A stretch of 62,988 bases of DNA, counting the filler, from Craspedostauros australis (Eukaryota): the NCBI GenBank assembly GCA_030167865.1. It is 12 parts of 12 records of this genome, joined end to end, with 100 filler letters (N's around TTAATTAATTAA, not from the genome) between each part and the next. Parts side by side here need not be neighbours in the genome. Positions count along the whole stretch, not along the records: positions 1 to 24,246 come from JALAGF010005365.1; 11 more parts are not named here. One strand, written 5' to 3'. How positions within the stretch are numbered: the stretch's first letter is position 1; each line of letters opens with the position of its first letter. The position numbers and the translations under genes are program-made. The notes beneath the pieces were generated by a model. That model made no database searches. It was not told where the DNA came from and worked only from the letters and a program-made list of their open reading frames with translations. Shown one piece after another: positions 1-11,389 of the stretch.

Positions 1-160
1 CGTGGTTGTCATGCCAATCATATGATTTCCGCGTTCGTTGGTGTCAATGATGTGGAAGGAGCTGCGTGGGAAACGATGGCGGACCCCGCGGGCATCATAC
101 ATGGCTTGTAGGAATCGAGTCCAACTTGATGAAGTGGAGCCTATTGCGACTGTCAGCTTG

Positions 161-192
<32 letters not shown>

Positions 193-1528
193 GGTGGTGG
201 TGCAGTTCGTGCATGATGTCGTGCAAGGCACACGCGTATGCCAGCAGCTGCATGGTTTCGTTGTGGTCGACAAAGATAACGAGCAATGGGAGAAGTCGCC
301 GACATCATTACACACAATTTCTTTCATCTGTGGATGGGACGAGACAGTGCCTCTGTCTCATCGTTTGGGGTTTGTGGCAGCGACGCGTCGCTTTGAGCAT
401 CGGTATGAACAAGCGTGGCTAGTTGTGGTGCGTGCTGTGGAAACTGAGGAACATCTCCGAACTGATGGCTCTGCAGGTCTCGGAAGAAGTCACTGAGTCC
501 GATCTCACGGATGCACCTGTCCAACATGTGCTGAATCTCCGTTGCCGACAGCGCATCGGACGTTTATGTGCGCGGATGCTGCTGCTGATGACTTGAATCC
601 AGACCGCACCATGGGCCATGACATGTCTTGCCGTTGCTGTTGCCATTACAGTTGGTTCTGTTGTTGGCGCTGCGATTTCCCATGTCCCAAGCTCTTCTCT
701 ACTCCGGAGCAATTGGTGCGATATCTTCCTTTCTGATGTTTCTGAGTGATGCGACAAGTTTGAGATCGCTGTTCATCACTGCTCGTCATTCATCATCATC
801 ATCAGCGTCATCATCATCGGCATCAGCATCGTCTCTTGCCCATGGTCGCCTTCGTTGATTCTGGTTGGTGTGCCATATTTTGCGCAGCCGCTTCCTGCTT
901 GATTGATTTCTTCATTGCTTCATTGCTTTGTTGCTTGAGGTTCAATGTCTCAGTGTTGGCTGATATCTTCATCAATGCAAACATAGTCATGCGATGCCAT
1001 CTCTCTTTCTTTCTCTCTTGTGTTGTGTTGATGTTGATGTTGTTTGATGGATCATGGTGCAAAATCGAAGATTCGTTGTTTCGGGTGGCATCAAGAATTC
1101 TTGGCACGTTTGTTGAGTACTCGCCTGTCTGTCATCCGTTGTTCATTCAACCAATGACGCACACAAACACTCACAACGAACATCATCTCGCTGTTGTCTT
1201 CATGCAACGCAACTCTATTTGACGATGATGATGGCGATGGCAACCCCTCCAACAGCGCCGTATCCCTTCACAATTGGCACCACCGACGCAAACACCAACA
1301 CAAACAATCAGACAAACAATCAGACAAGATGACAAAGCATCGACATCCAAGAGGAACTGTGGGAAGGCTCACCAGTTGCTCCGCATCTTGACCCACCCGT
1401 TGTACAACTATGAGTATGGAACCTTCCATGAGTATGATCTACTCTGGGAGTTGACACAGCAAAGCGTCCAGCCTGATAGGTACTCTGTTCGAACCTTCGT
1501 CCAGCCCGTGCGGTCATGACGATCGAAG

Positions 1529-3282
1529 TTGCTGGAAGAGGACGGCGTCAGACTGATAGCGGAGAAGCAAACGGAGACCAAGCAACCGCAACAGACTGAC
1601 ACGAAATCGAAGGCGAGCAAGCCCACCAGCGTCGCCAATGAGGCCGACACAACTACAAAATCAGGTTGTCGTGCAAGTGTCAGCACAGATACACCAAGCA
1701 GGGCCAATAGAAGTACAGCACAAGATGCGAAAGCTTCGGCTGTGAAACCATCACGTGCGAAGAGTCTGGACATTCTCGACATGCAAGCTCACGAGATGTC
1801 ATTCAGCTCCCTTGATCCCAGCAAGTTCATCAACAACAAACCAATGCCGGTGCCAAACACCCCAGGTGGACTCAGCTTCGCCACAGCCCCAGCACTTGGC
1901 GCAACCAGCGAATGGAGCAGCCAAGACAAGACGAAGCTTGCCCAGAGTCGGAGACGCAGGCCAAGGCCAAAAACGAATTCCAACAGAACGACCAGCAGCG
2001 ACAAATGGAGGAGCAAGAGTTTGGAATTCTTGGAATTCTCGAAGGATGGGCACAGCATGCCAGTCACACCAGACACATCAGACATAACAGGCGCGATGAG
2101 TGCAGCCAGCACCCCGGCTGTATCTCGAGTTGCGACAACGAAAAAGATACGCAGCAAGCGTCTGGAGTCACTGTCCATTCTGCCAAGTCTCCACGACGAC
2201 GATGACGACAGCGCCGGCGTTGCGACAAGTGCTGCTGCAACGAACGGTGGGAGAAGCTCTGTGGTCCCTGTCACGCCTGGAGGTCGGAGCGCGGCATCTA
2301 CACCAGCCCCCTTTCCCTTCAGCCGCACACATGAAAGAGACAACAGTCTTGGTCGTTGAACAAGTGCAGGTCGACGTTGGAAAGCATCCTCAAGATCAAA
2401 TCATCATCATTACGTGAAGTGCCGTTCACCAATCCTCCCAAATCGAAGCAACGACCATCTCTGGAATCCCGACCATCGCAATTGGCCGACCTTGCCTTGA
2501 CCAAAGCATCCGCAAAGGCGCCATCATCACCATCATCATTGTCGTCGCCGCCGCCGTCATCATCATCGCAGTCCAAATCCAAACTCAATCATCAACAGTT
2601 CGAACGCAACCACGGAGGTGTCTCGACCGCACCCCAAGCCCCATCCAATCCTGGAGCCTTGAGTTTGGGAATCGAATTGAAATCGAGCAAGAAGGAACGA
2701 GGGGCTCCTTCTCACAACAGATCTGCATGCAGTTCGTTGCGCCCAAGTGAAGACTCAAAGCAACGACGTTCACGCGAATGAAGCACGGGTGCTCTGCGCG
2801 ATGAGATCAAGGAAAGGATCTCCAAGGTGCTTGGCAATGGGCCCCGATGTCACCATTCCAGCAAAACAAGAGGCTCGTCATCACCATTGATATTACCATC
2901 GATATCACCGTCGCCACGGCATCGGCGGAGAAGCGCACAGCACACCAGTGGCAAGCCGCACTCGACATCGTCAAGATCAAAGAGTGTGGAGCGTTCGCCG
3001 TCATTGCGTCATCGTCGTGACGGAGCAATTCACACTTCCTCTTCTGGAAGAAGCCGCTGCTCGCCATCGGCGCAGAGTCGTCGAAGCCCGTCCGACCGCG
3101 GCCGCAGAAGAACTGCGCAAGTATCGATGGACTCATCGCCATCATCACGACGCCAACGAACAGCTGGCAGTTCGGATGACATGAACGCAGTCTCTCGTTC
3201 ACGCCAATCCAACTCAAATGCGCACTCCACCGGTACTGGTTTGCACCAACGCAAGGGCTCACCTTCCCGAACGCATGTCTGA
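1529..3282 (+). pseudogene. Low-complexity Ser/Arg/Thr-rich coding region split into three ORFs (1529-2359, 2356-2781, 2827-3282); unknown disordered protein, broken or spliced
   Basis: Consecutive same-strand ORFs share composition and recurring motifs (RAKSLD, RSKSLE, RSKRLES, RPSLES; PNTPGG, PVTPD, PVTPGG). No recognisable domain. Confidence 0.35.
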
Positions 3283-5726
3283 GGAAGTTGGCGAACACCA
3301 AATCAACGTGGCCGCAGCCAATCGACACCATGTGGCGAAGATCAGCGAAGGAATTCCTCCGATGAACGATCACCATCGGCACGACAACGAAACAGATCAG
3401 GAGGATATCGAAATTAGAGCGTCGAACGGCACAGCAATGAGAGAGATGAAGATGGACGGCATTGCAACAAACATTCGTCATCACGTGGGGCCCTTCAATC
3501 AAATCGCCGTGGACGAAGCAGATCGTCGACACGCGATGCTGTCTACCATGAGAAGCTGTCTGGCACAAAGCCACTGCAACTCACACCAAAGAAAGCGGTC
3601 AGGAGCAAGAACGCGTCTCAGTACCGCTATCGCTCGATGAATGGTACCAAAACTCCCACTCCGTGATGCATCACGACACGATGGGATGGAATGAGATGGA
3701 TGGGCCGCTCCGTACTCGTATCATACTCATAGAGGTGTGGTAGACTCACGTCGCTGTAATGTAATACACCTACGAATGGATTGTAATGTTCTATGATATG
3801 TAGGATTGGAACAGTACCGCATGCACTATATCTGCTTGTGCAATAGAGCACTGTGATGAAGGCACCGGATGTTTCAAGAGATTGAAGGGCTGGATACTGC
3901 TCCCATGCTGCCTCCGCCTTGTCTACGACTAGTCTGGTCTGCTCTCGACGGTACATACGCACACAGAGTTGTTGCCGATGTCATTCACGAACGGATTGGA
4001 CATCCGTGGTTCCATCCATACTCCGCCATCAGCATCGTTGTTGGTTCGTTGCACAGACAAAGGACGCATGGCAGCAGCATTATCACAAGCCGTGCGGTCG
4101 TCACCATGCCACCGGATTCGCACACAGAGCAATCTCCACTCCAAGTTACACTACCAAGCAGATGCAAAGCTACAGTGCCGATGCCAGTCGATCCAAGTTT
4201 GTGGAAGAGACGATCTACGAAGAGCACATGGCGAACAAGGCAGAGAGAAATGATGGGAAGCCGCGAGGAGCATGGTTGTTGCACGGTTCCATCGACCGTC
4301 CCGTATCACGCTATTGTCCTCATCTCACCAGGAGTGGCACTCCCGCCATTGTGCCAAAACTGCAGTCGAGACCCTCGCCAAGTCCGAGGAGGAGCGATCA
4401 CTTGCCGTCGGAGTAACAATTGCCAGGGTCACCACCCATTCCAATCTTCGAAGCGACCAGTGCCAGCGTGGCGGAAATACAAGAACCGACGAGACAGCGC
4501 AGTCCAAACATCCAGAGAGCTTGACGAGCAACAGAAGAAACCAACGAACCAACGAGCAACCCCATGCAGAGTGCGAGTACTGTATTGCGGATCATGGTTG
4601 ACACAGAGTTCCATACAGCACAAGAAGTACGTGGTCAGCGATCCATGGCCCATGAGCACCATATCTCCACATATCCTCCTTTGTGGTGCTCCCAACTTCG
4701 TTCGTGAGGCGGATGTTCTTGTCGATCGCCTCGGTTGAGCATCGATGCTCTGGAAGTCACGAGCCAAGACGGTGGCGCTCATGCCTATTGATAGAATGCG
4801 CATGGTGTTGTGTGTTGGTGGTCCGTGTGGCAGGAACAGTGGAGGCGGCACGGTATCGCTCCGCCTGATGCTTGCCGAACATGCCAACTCATCCCAATAC
4901 GCAATGTCGTGTTGGTTTGATGTTGAGGACTCTTGTTGCCTGCGCGGATGGTGATTGTTGCAATGCGGTGGGATGGCAACCAGTCAAATCCAAATGAGAT
5001 GGGTCGCAACCAACAAAGGCAATCAACAAAGGCAGTCACATCAGTGGCTTCATCGGTGGCTTCATCGTTGTTCGAGGCATTGGCTCACACCTCAAGTTGG
5101 TGCTTGCGATGGCAGGCGGACGGGGGTCAGCGGTCTTGCAGATGCCACGATGACGCAAGCAAGCGTGGGCCATGGTGCACATGGTGATGGCGGCGGCGGT
5201 GGCGACGATGACAGCTGTCTGTGTTTCCGAAGACTTTGACGTTGTTTGCTTCGGATTGGTGTTGCGTTGATTGTGGCCAAACGAGAACTCTGTTGTGGTG
5301 CTTCTTTCTTGTTGTTGGTCGCACGCATTTTCGTGATGGATCGGAACAGAAAGATCCAATCCGCGCGAACCAGACGCGTTTGATCAAGAGAAGGAGACAA
5401 ACACAGGCAAACAGAAGGAGGAGACCNNNNNNNNNNNNNNNNNNNNNNNNNNNNNNNNNNNNNNNNNNNNNNNNNNATACTCAACCGCGTGAACAACAGA
5501 CATCGAATTGCCACTCATATTCATCACACAGCGTATGGTACTCATACTCATACTCATACTCATACTCATACTAATACAAGCTGTTGCATACACAAACATC
5601 GATATCTCTTCCATAGGCAGCTCCGACCACAGACATCCTCGACAGCCAATCCAACGTCTATCGTCCAACGTAAATCGTCCAACGTCTATCGTCCAGCAAC
5701 CATCGACCATCCACCACACTCTCAAA

Positions 5727-7478
5727 ATGCCGAGTGTTACGAACAAACAACTCATTGATGCTGCCAAGGCAGGTGACTTGTCAGTGTTGAAGGAGTGGAA
5801 GAAGCAGAACAAGACGCAGAATGACGGAGTTGATGTCAACAAGGTCAAAGACACGGATGGTCGGACTCCCCTTCATTGGGCATGCTACAACGGCCAGCTG
5901 GAGTGTGTGAAGTACCTCATCGAATCATGTGACGCGAACATCAACTTCAAAAGCAACGATGGTTCCACTCCCCTTCATCGGGCATGCTCCAACGGCCACC
6001 TGGAGTGTGTGAAGTACCTCATCGAATCATGTGAGGCAAACATCAACTGCAAAACCAATGATGGTTCCACTCCCCTTCATTGGACATGCTCCAATGGCCA
6101 CCTGGAGTGTGTGAAGTACCTCATCGAATCATGTGAGGCAAACATCAACTGCGAAGACGACAATATTTCCACTCCCCTTCATTGGGCATGCTTTTATGGC
6201 CACCTGGAGTGTGTGAAGTATCTCATTGAATCGTGTGAGGCGAACATCAACTGCAAAACCAACAATAGCTATACCCCCCTTCATGACACTTGCCACAACG
6301 GCCACCTGGAGTGTGTGAAGTACCTCATCGAATCATGTGAGGCGAACATCAACTGCAAAACCAACGACGGCTCCAGTCCCCTTCATCGGGCATGCCGGAA
6401 CGGCCACCTGGAGTGTGTGAAGTACCTCATCGAATCATGTGAGGCGAACATCAACTTCAAAGACAACAATGGTGACACTCCCCTTCATTGGACATGCCAC
6501 AACGGCCACCTGGAGTGTGTGAAGTACCTCATCGAATCATGTGAGGCAAACATCAACTGCAAAACCAATGATGGTTCCACTCCCCTTCATTGGACATGCT
6601 CCAATGGCCACCTGGAGTGTGTGAAGTACCTCATCGAATCATGTGAGGCAAACATCAACTGCGAAGACGACAATATTTCCACTCCCCTTCATTGGGCATG
6701 CTATTCTGGCCACTTGGAGTGTGTGAAGTATCTCATCGAATCATGTGAGGCAAACATCGACTGCAAAACCAACGATAGCGATACCCCCCTTCATGACGCT
6801 TGCCACAACGGCCACCTGGAGTGTGTGAAGTACCTCATCGAATCATGTGGGGCGAACATCAACTGCAAAGACAACCATGGAAACACTCCCCTTCATCGGG
6901 CATGCCGGAACGGCCACCTGGAGTGTGTGAAGTACCTCATTGAATCATGTGAGGCGAACATCAACTGCAAAGACAACCATGGAAACACTCCCCTTCATGT
7001 GGCATGCATTTATGACCAGCTGGAGTGTGTGAAGTACCTCATCGAATCAGGTGGGGCCGACGCCAACTGCGAAAACAACGATGGTTCCACTCCCCTTCAT
7101 TGGGCATGCCACAACGGCAAGCTGGAGTGTATCGAGTCCTTCATTAGAGGACTTTCGCCTTCAGTTCACCCACAAGTGCAACGACGCTTCCAACAAAACG
7201 AACAAGAGAATGAACAACTGCAACAACAGGTGAGACAGCAGTTGAAGCGAAAGAAGCAAGAGAATGAACAACAACAACAACAACAACAGTCGAGACACCA
7301 GTTGAAGCGGAAGAAGCAAGAGAATGAACACAAACACAGTAGCCACAAGAGGACCAACATCAACATTGGAGAAGACAGCTCAGATCCTTCCAAACCGAGA
7401 ACAGGGCAGACACCATCTTCTTGTGTGGACAGGGTGATGAGCAGCAACCAATCAAAGCAAACAGCGGAGTCCTCATGA
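5727..7478 (+). CDS. Ankyrin-repeat protein (13 tandem 34-aa repeats) with Gln-rich tail; probably the N-terminal part of an ANK-BTB protein
   Basis: ATG at 5727 (MPSVTNKQLIDAAKAGDL capping repeat). TPLH-x-(A/T)C-xx-GHLECVKYLIESCEANIN units recur every 102 nt from 5865 to 7089. Confidence 0.9.
   Translation: MPSVTNKQLIDAAKAGDLSVLKEWKKQNKTQNDGVDVNKVKDTDGRTPLHWACYNGQLECVKYLIESCDANINFKSNDGSTPLHRACSNGHLECVKYLIESCEANINCKTNDGSTPLHWTCSNGHLECVKYLIESCEANINCEDDNISTPLHWACFYGHLECVKYLIESCEANINCKTNNSYTPLHDTCHNGHLECVKYLIESCEANINCKTNDGSSPLHRACRNGHLECVKYLIESCEANINFKDNNGDTPLHWTCHNGHLECVKYLIESCEANINCKTNDGSTPLHWTCSNGHLECVKYLIESCEANINCEDDNISTPLHWACYSGHLECVKYLIESCEANIDCKTNDSDTPLHDACHNGHLECVKYLIESCGANINCKDNHGNTPLHRACRNGHLECVKYLIESCEANINCKDNHGNTPLHVACIYDQLECVKYLIESGGADANCENNDGSTPLHWACHNGKLECIESFIRGLSPSVHPQVQRRFQQNEQENEQLQQQVRQQLKRKKQENEQQQQQQQSRHQLKRKKQENEHKHSSHKRTNINIGEDSSDPSKPRTGQTPSSCVDRVMSSNQSKQTAESS
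5865..7140 (+). repeat. 102-bp coding tandem repeat (ankyrin), about 12.5 copies, with a 510-bp higher-order period
   Basis: Near-identical core CCTGGAGTGTGTGAAGTACCTCATCGAATCATGTGAGGC. Repeat 3 equals repeat 8 in translation; repeats 4-6 resemble 9-11. Confidence 0.95.
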
Positions 7479-7930
7479 TCACTGTCCCATCCATTGAGAC
7501 ACTGATCGACAAGGGAATCCAACATTGCCACAGGAATGATAGCACAGAAGACTACGCGGCCCTCATGCAAGTTACTGTCCCTCTTCCCAACCTTCAACCA
7601 AAACATGTCCAAGACGTCCTCCAATACATCTACACAGGCGAGATATCATTCAACAACAACACTGATGACGACAACGCCAATGCTGATGACACAAACCAGC
7701 CACCTCCCACCCTCAATGGACAGGACGATCTGCAACAGCTGATCCTTGTGGCCAACGAATTCGGCTTCTGGCGACTCAAGCTTGTTCTTGAAGCAGAGTT
7801 GGCCCACAAGCATCTCACAGAGGACACCATAATAGATTCGTTGATATTCGCTGATCAACGCAACTGCGTGGTGTTGAAGGATACAGCAATGAGAATGGCA
7901 GCTGAAAGTGAGAAAGATATGTTCACTCAT
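7343..7930 (+). CDS. BTB/POZ domain plus BACK-like helices, in a different frame from the ankyrin ORF and cut at its 3' end by a transposon terminus
   Basis: Translation ADTIFLCG..PIKANSGVL..VLQYIYTGEI..LILVANEFGFWRLKLVLEAEL..LIFADQRNCVVLKDTAM matches the SPOP-like BTB pattern. The frame is open from 7343. Confidence 0.75.
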
Positions 7931-8195
7931 CTAGTGCCTCAAAGAGCCAGACCAATAAATTGGCGATTTTTGGCTACAGTTGGCTACAGATTTTGGATCC
8001 ATTTTTCCCGATCTCAGACTTAAAGTTGTAGACACTCAATCAAATATCTCCTTACATCTACGTAAACTTAAGACTCAGGGCTATCCAGGAAAGCAATAAC
8101 ATTATCTTGTTGTTACTACCATCTTGTCGATCTTAATGTGTTTATTGATCCCCTTGGTGTGGTTTTGCTGTCGAACGACGGACAGACCGGCTGTT
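7931..8195. mobile_element. DNA-transposon terminal region, copy 1 (homologous to 38584-38846)
   Basis: Both copies begin abruptly at CTAGTGCCTCAAAGAGCCAGACC, have unrelated left flanks and align over about 260 bp. Confidence 0.7.
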
Positions 8196-8558
8196 TTTTG
8201 GATATCGTTGGCTACAGTTGGCTACAAGTAGGATTCTACAGGGGTCTGGTAGGATCTTGCCTCTTTTTTCGAGAAATTCGACCCTCCATCTTTGAAGTCT
8301 CCGGACTTAGCGGTCTTTGGCTCATTCTGTACAATAGATATCATTTCAGAATCTTCTCTCCGAGGCGGTCACAATAATATGGTATATGCATTGTTGTATT
8401 GCTATGGTGTGTTGGTATGCTCGCGTTTAGTGCTCCCATGATAATCGGAATGTTGTTTGACCACTCGGATCCACTCTCGGAAGCATGTCTGAAAGTTAAT
8501 TTCCGTTATTCGCGTCATCATGACGTCATGAGGAGGACGTAGCAACACGACTGCGACC

Positions 8559-9941
8559 ATGGCAACAGCAACAGATGCAACACCAACAACAGGTGCAACA
8601 CCAGCTTTTCTCTACCCCAACCGACATCGCCCTCCTCTCTATCTACTCTCCACTGAACATCGCACCATGAAGATCTGCCCTGGAAGCCACGTATCGAGTC
8701 CCTGTGGACCTCTTGTGGCCTCTGGAAACAGCAAGGGCAAGGTTCGAAGCATTCTGTATGGTGTTGTCCTCAAGTCTCTCCCCAAGAATCACTGGGTTGT
8801 GCACTGGCGTTCCATCAACGCAGTGTGTGAACATGCAGGCACCAAGCTGACTTTGCTTGACAAGACGCGAGTCGAATTGGACAGCAGCTGTGTCGAAGAG
8901 CTCATCTGTGTGCAGAGTGTTGGGAGGGGATTGGCGGAACTAGACAAGCACTACAAGACGTCGTGGTACCACAACCTCTGCCACAACACATCCACATTCA
9001 GCAACGCCTCTTATTCACACCACACCAACTTCTCATCCCCAGGGAACAGCGCCTCGACCAGTCATGGTGCAGACATGGACGTCCCCAACCAAAATACAGA
9101 TGAGTCCAAGACAGGAATCTTGATGAACAACAAGGATGATGCAGCAGATGACACCCATGGAACCTATGACTCCAGCACAGGCGATTTGCTCACTGGGGAC
9201 GAATTTGACTATGTCATGCAACGTGAAGAAGAGTCCCCAGGATACGTGCACATGGAGGAGAAGAACCAATTGATGGATACAACAGTCCTGGTCGGCAAGC
9301 AAAAGAACGCACAGTCATAGACGGTGGTGGATGACAAATCAGTTGAACAGTGTGATGAAGAGCCTCAAGCTGAGCTTGGTGTCACAGGTTTCAACTTCGA
9401 CAAGAAATGCTTGCAAGACAACACCAATCGTGACTGCATCAACCTCCTGGGACTGGTGTAACATCTATGGCCTGGCAATTGGAAACAACAAGTTGACACT
9501 CTCAACAGGCATATCATGGCAGGTGCAATTGATGTTGGCGGCAGGCGGAACAATGACCCCATGTCTGAGCGCGAACTGTGGGTGTTCTTTGGAATTATGC
9601 TCGTGGGCAAGCTCGATTTGACCATGAAGCTTTGGGGCAACAGGATGAATGAAGGTTTCTGTGAGGGCAGGAATGTCACGACACACATGCCTTTCCATCG
9701 CTTCCAAAACATCTGCAAGCACTTCATCCTGTACTTGTTCTCTGACCTGGCCAGGCAACACAAGGATAAATGGTGGCAAATCCAACCTGGGGTGGAGTTG
9801 TTCAACAAGTGTTGGCGCAACACCATCATTCCAGGCCAGGTAAAAGTCATGGACAAAAGCCTGACCGCACACAAGCCCCGTCTGTCGCCCACCGGAAACC
9901 TTCCCCATCTGACACACATTCCACACAAGCCAGAACCTCTT
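8559..9941 (+). mobile_element. Degenerate piggyBac-like (DDE_Tnp_1_7 type) transposase, truncated by an LTR
   Basis: MSERELWVFFGIML, MPFHRFQNI, DKWWQIQPGVELFN, PGQVKVMDKSL (DES-equivalent) and HIPHKPEPL. Stop near 9318-9320. Coding homology ends at the TGTTG of the LTR at 9942. Confidence 0.7.
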
Positions 9942-10741
9942 TGTTGAGATGTACATGTGAGTATATGTCGAGATGTACGTGTATATGTGCATCGTTCACC
10001 CGTTATTCTCTCATACGCACTTGGACGGTATAACTACATTCATGTCAATAGTATGCTGTGATTTGTCAGAATCACAGTGGAAATGGAACACACAAAAATG
10101 AGCAGAATTTCTGGAGGAAATTTGCAATTGACGATTTCTGAGAGAATTAGAAGATCGTCCGTCCATCCATCAATGGAAACGTATGGTACCAAGAGAATCT
10201 CGAGGTACTTCCCAACTAAACCTCAGATGACGATAACACCTGACAGGCTGCTGCATCACCAATGGAACGTGACATCTGGAGAGCAGAAGGACGCCTACTG
10301 ACGTCGACAGGATGTCAACATGTCACCATGTTGACATCTGTCTCCATGTCAGAAGCAGAAGGTAAAGATCTGATGACTGAAGGGCATTGAGATCATGGAT
10401 ACAGAAGGTGAACTTCAAATGGTAAGCATTCATGGAGTAGGAGCCAGTAGTGTATGAATGAAGTATCGAATGCGGAGTGCGCATCAAACGAGAAGTATCG
10501 TGTAGCTCAAGTACACAGTAGAGAGAGAGAGAATACGAAGAGTAACAAGAGAGCATCTCGCGTGCTGACTCATAGTCGGACGATCGAATCTACGAAACAG
10601 ACAAACACGCCAAGAGCATCGGGCAAGAGAGAGGACACTGAGAGGATTGGAGTGCCAACCAAATGAAATAGCAAACAGAACGACTATCAACCAACACCAC
10701 CCTCCACGATCGTAGGTTACTAATCACGGAACTTGCCAACA
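9942..10741. mobile_element. Solo LTR, family A (800 bp, TGTTG...CAACA)
   Basis: Inverted termini TGTTG/CAACA. Left end homologous to 44094-44177 (reverse strand). Right 480 bp homologous to 38947-39425, with homology ending exactly at CAACA. Confidence 0.85.
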
Positions 10742-11389
10742 GGCAATGGCTGTGAAGGTCTTGTAGTAGTCTTGGATGCTTTGTTGTTGGCCTTGTTGGG
10801 TGTTGATGAATGCCTTCTGCATCTCATGCGTGGCGATGATGGGGTGCTTGTGCGTGTTGTAGCTGAACGTGATGTTTTTGATCAGCGTGATGAGCCAAAT
10901 CAGGTCCATGTCGCTCTTGACTGCCGCATAATTGCTTTCCTCTTGTAGACGGGCACGTATTGCATCAGTGCGCTGGCCCCACACAACGGAGTACAGCTTC
11001 TGCATGTCGTCTTTGAGCTTCTCCTTTTTGTCCTCATACTTGCTGTATTGTTTCTTCCATTTCTCCCTTTGGATGGTGGAGGCGGTTGCCGCGTAGTCGG
11101 CTGGCTCTGCGATGGTTGGGGCTTCGAGAGTTTCAACAGCGTGTGCCACTCTGGGTCCGTACGTGGTGCCAGCAAAGACTTGGATGGCGTCAATGGTATG
11201 TTTGAAATCCTCCGCTTGTTTGGTTCGAGAGGTCACACAGTCGAAGATCATGCCCTTGAGCTCGGGGCATGCGCCCTCGAACTTGGATGCCTTGGCAAAT
11301 GGGGAGCGCCCCTTGTTGTTGTTGTTGTTGTTGCCTTTGCCGCCTTCGCCTTTTGGCTTGATCGGCTTGGTCTTGATGTTGGCGCTCAT
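10742..11389 (-). mobile_element. gag: Gag N-terminal region of a Ty1/copia (CoDi-like) retrotransposon, truncated by LTR A
   Basis: SKFEGACPELKGMIFDC, KLYSVVWGQ and QQGQQQSIQDYYKTF are gag-type motifs. The ORF runs into the LTR end at 10741. Confidence 0.7.

Noticed and set aside
1..1110. Minus-strand gene
   Set aside because: Coding-like stretches have many stops and microsatellites and no recognisable domain.
3869..5420. Overlapping ORFs, with a faint resemblance to a GPI ethanolamine-phosphate transferase (PPTHNTMRI)
   Set aside because: The similarity is too short and the frames are broken, so it cannot be supported without a search.
5508..5726. Signal peptide (ILILILIL) on the ankyrin protein
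   Set aside because: It comes from translating a (TACTCA)n microsatellite upstream of the likely ATG at 5727.
5865..7140. CRISPR-like array of conserved repeats with variable spacers
   Set aside because: The period is exactly 102 nt in an open ankyrin frame, the context is eukaryotic and no cas genes are present.
7931..7955. Helitron 3' end (CTAG) on the minus strand
   Set aside because: CTAG is not followed by T in either copy and the upstream hairpin is weak.
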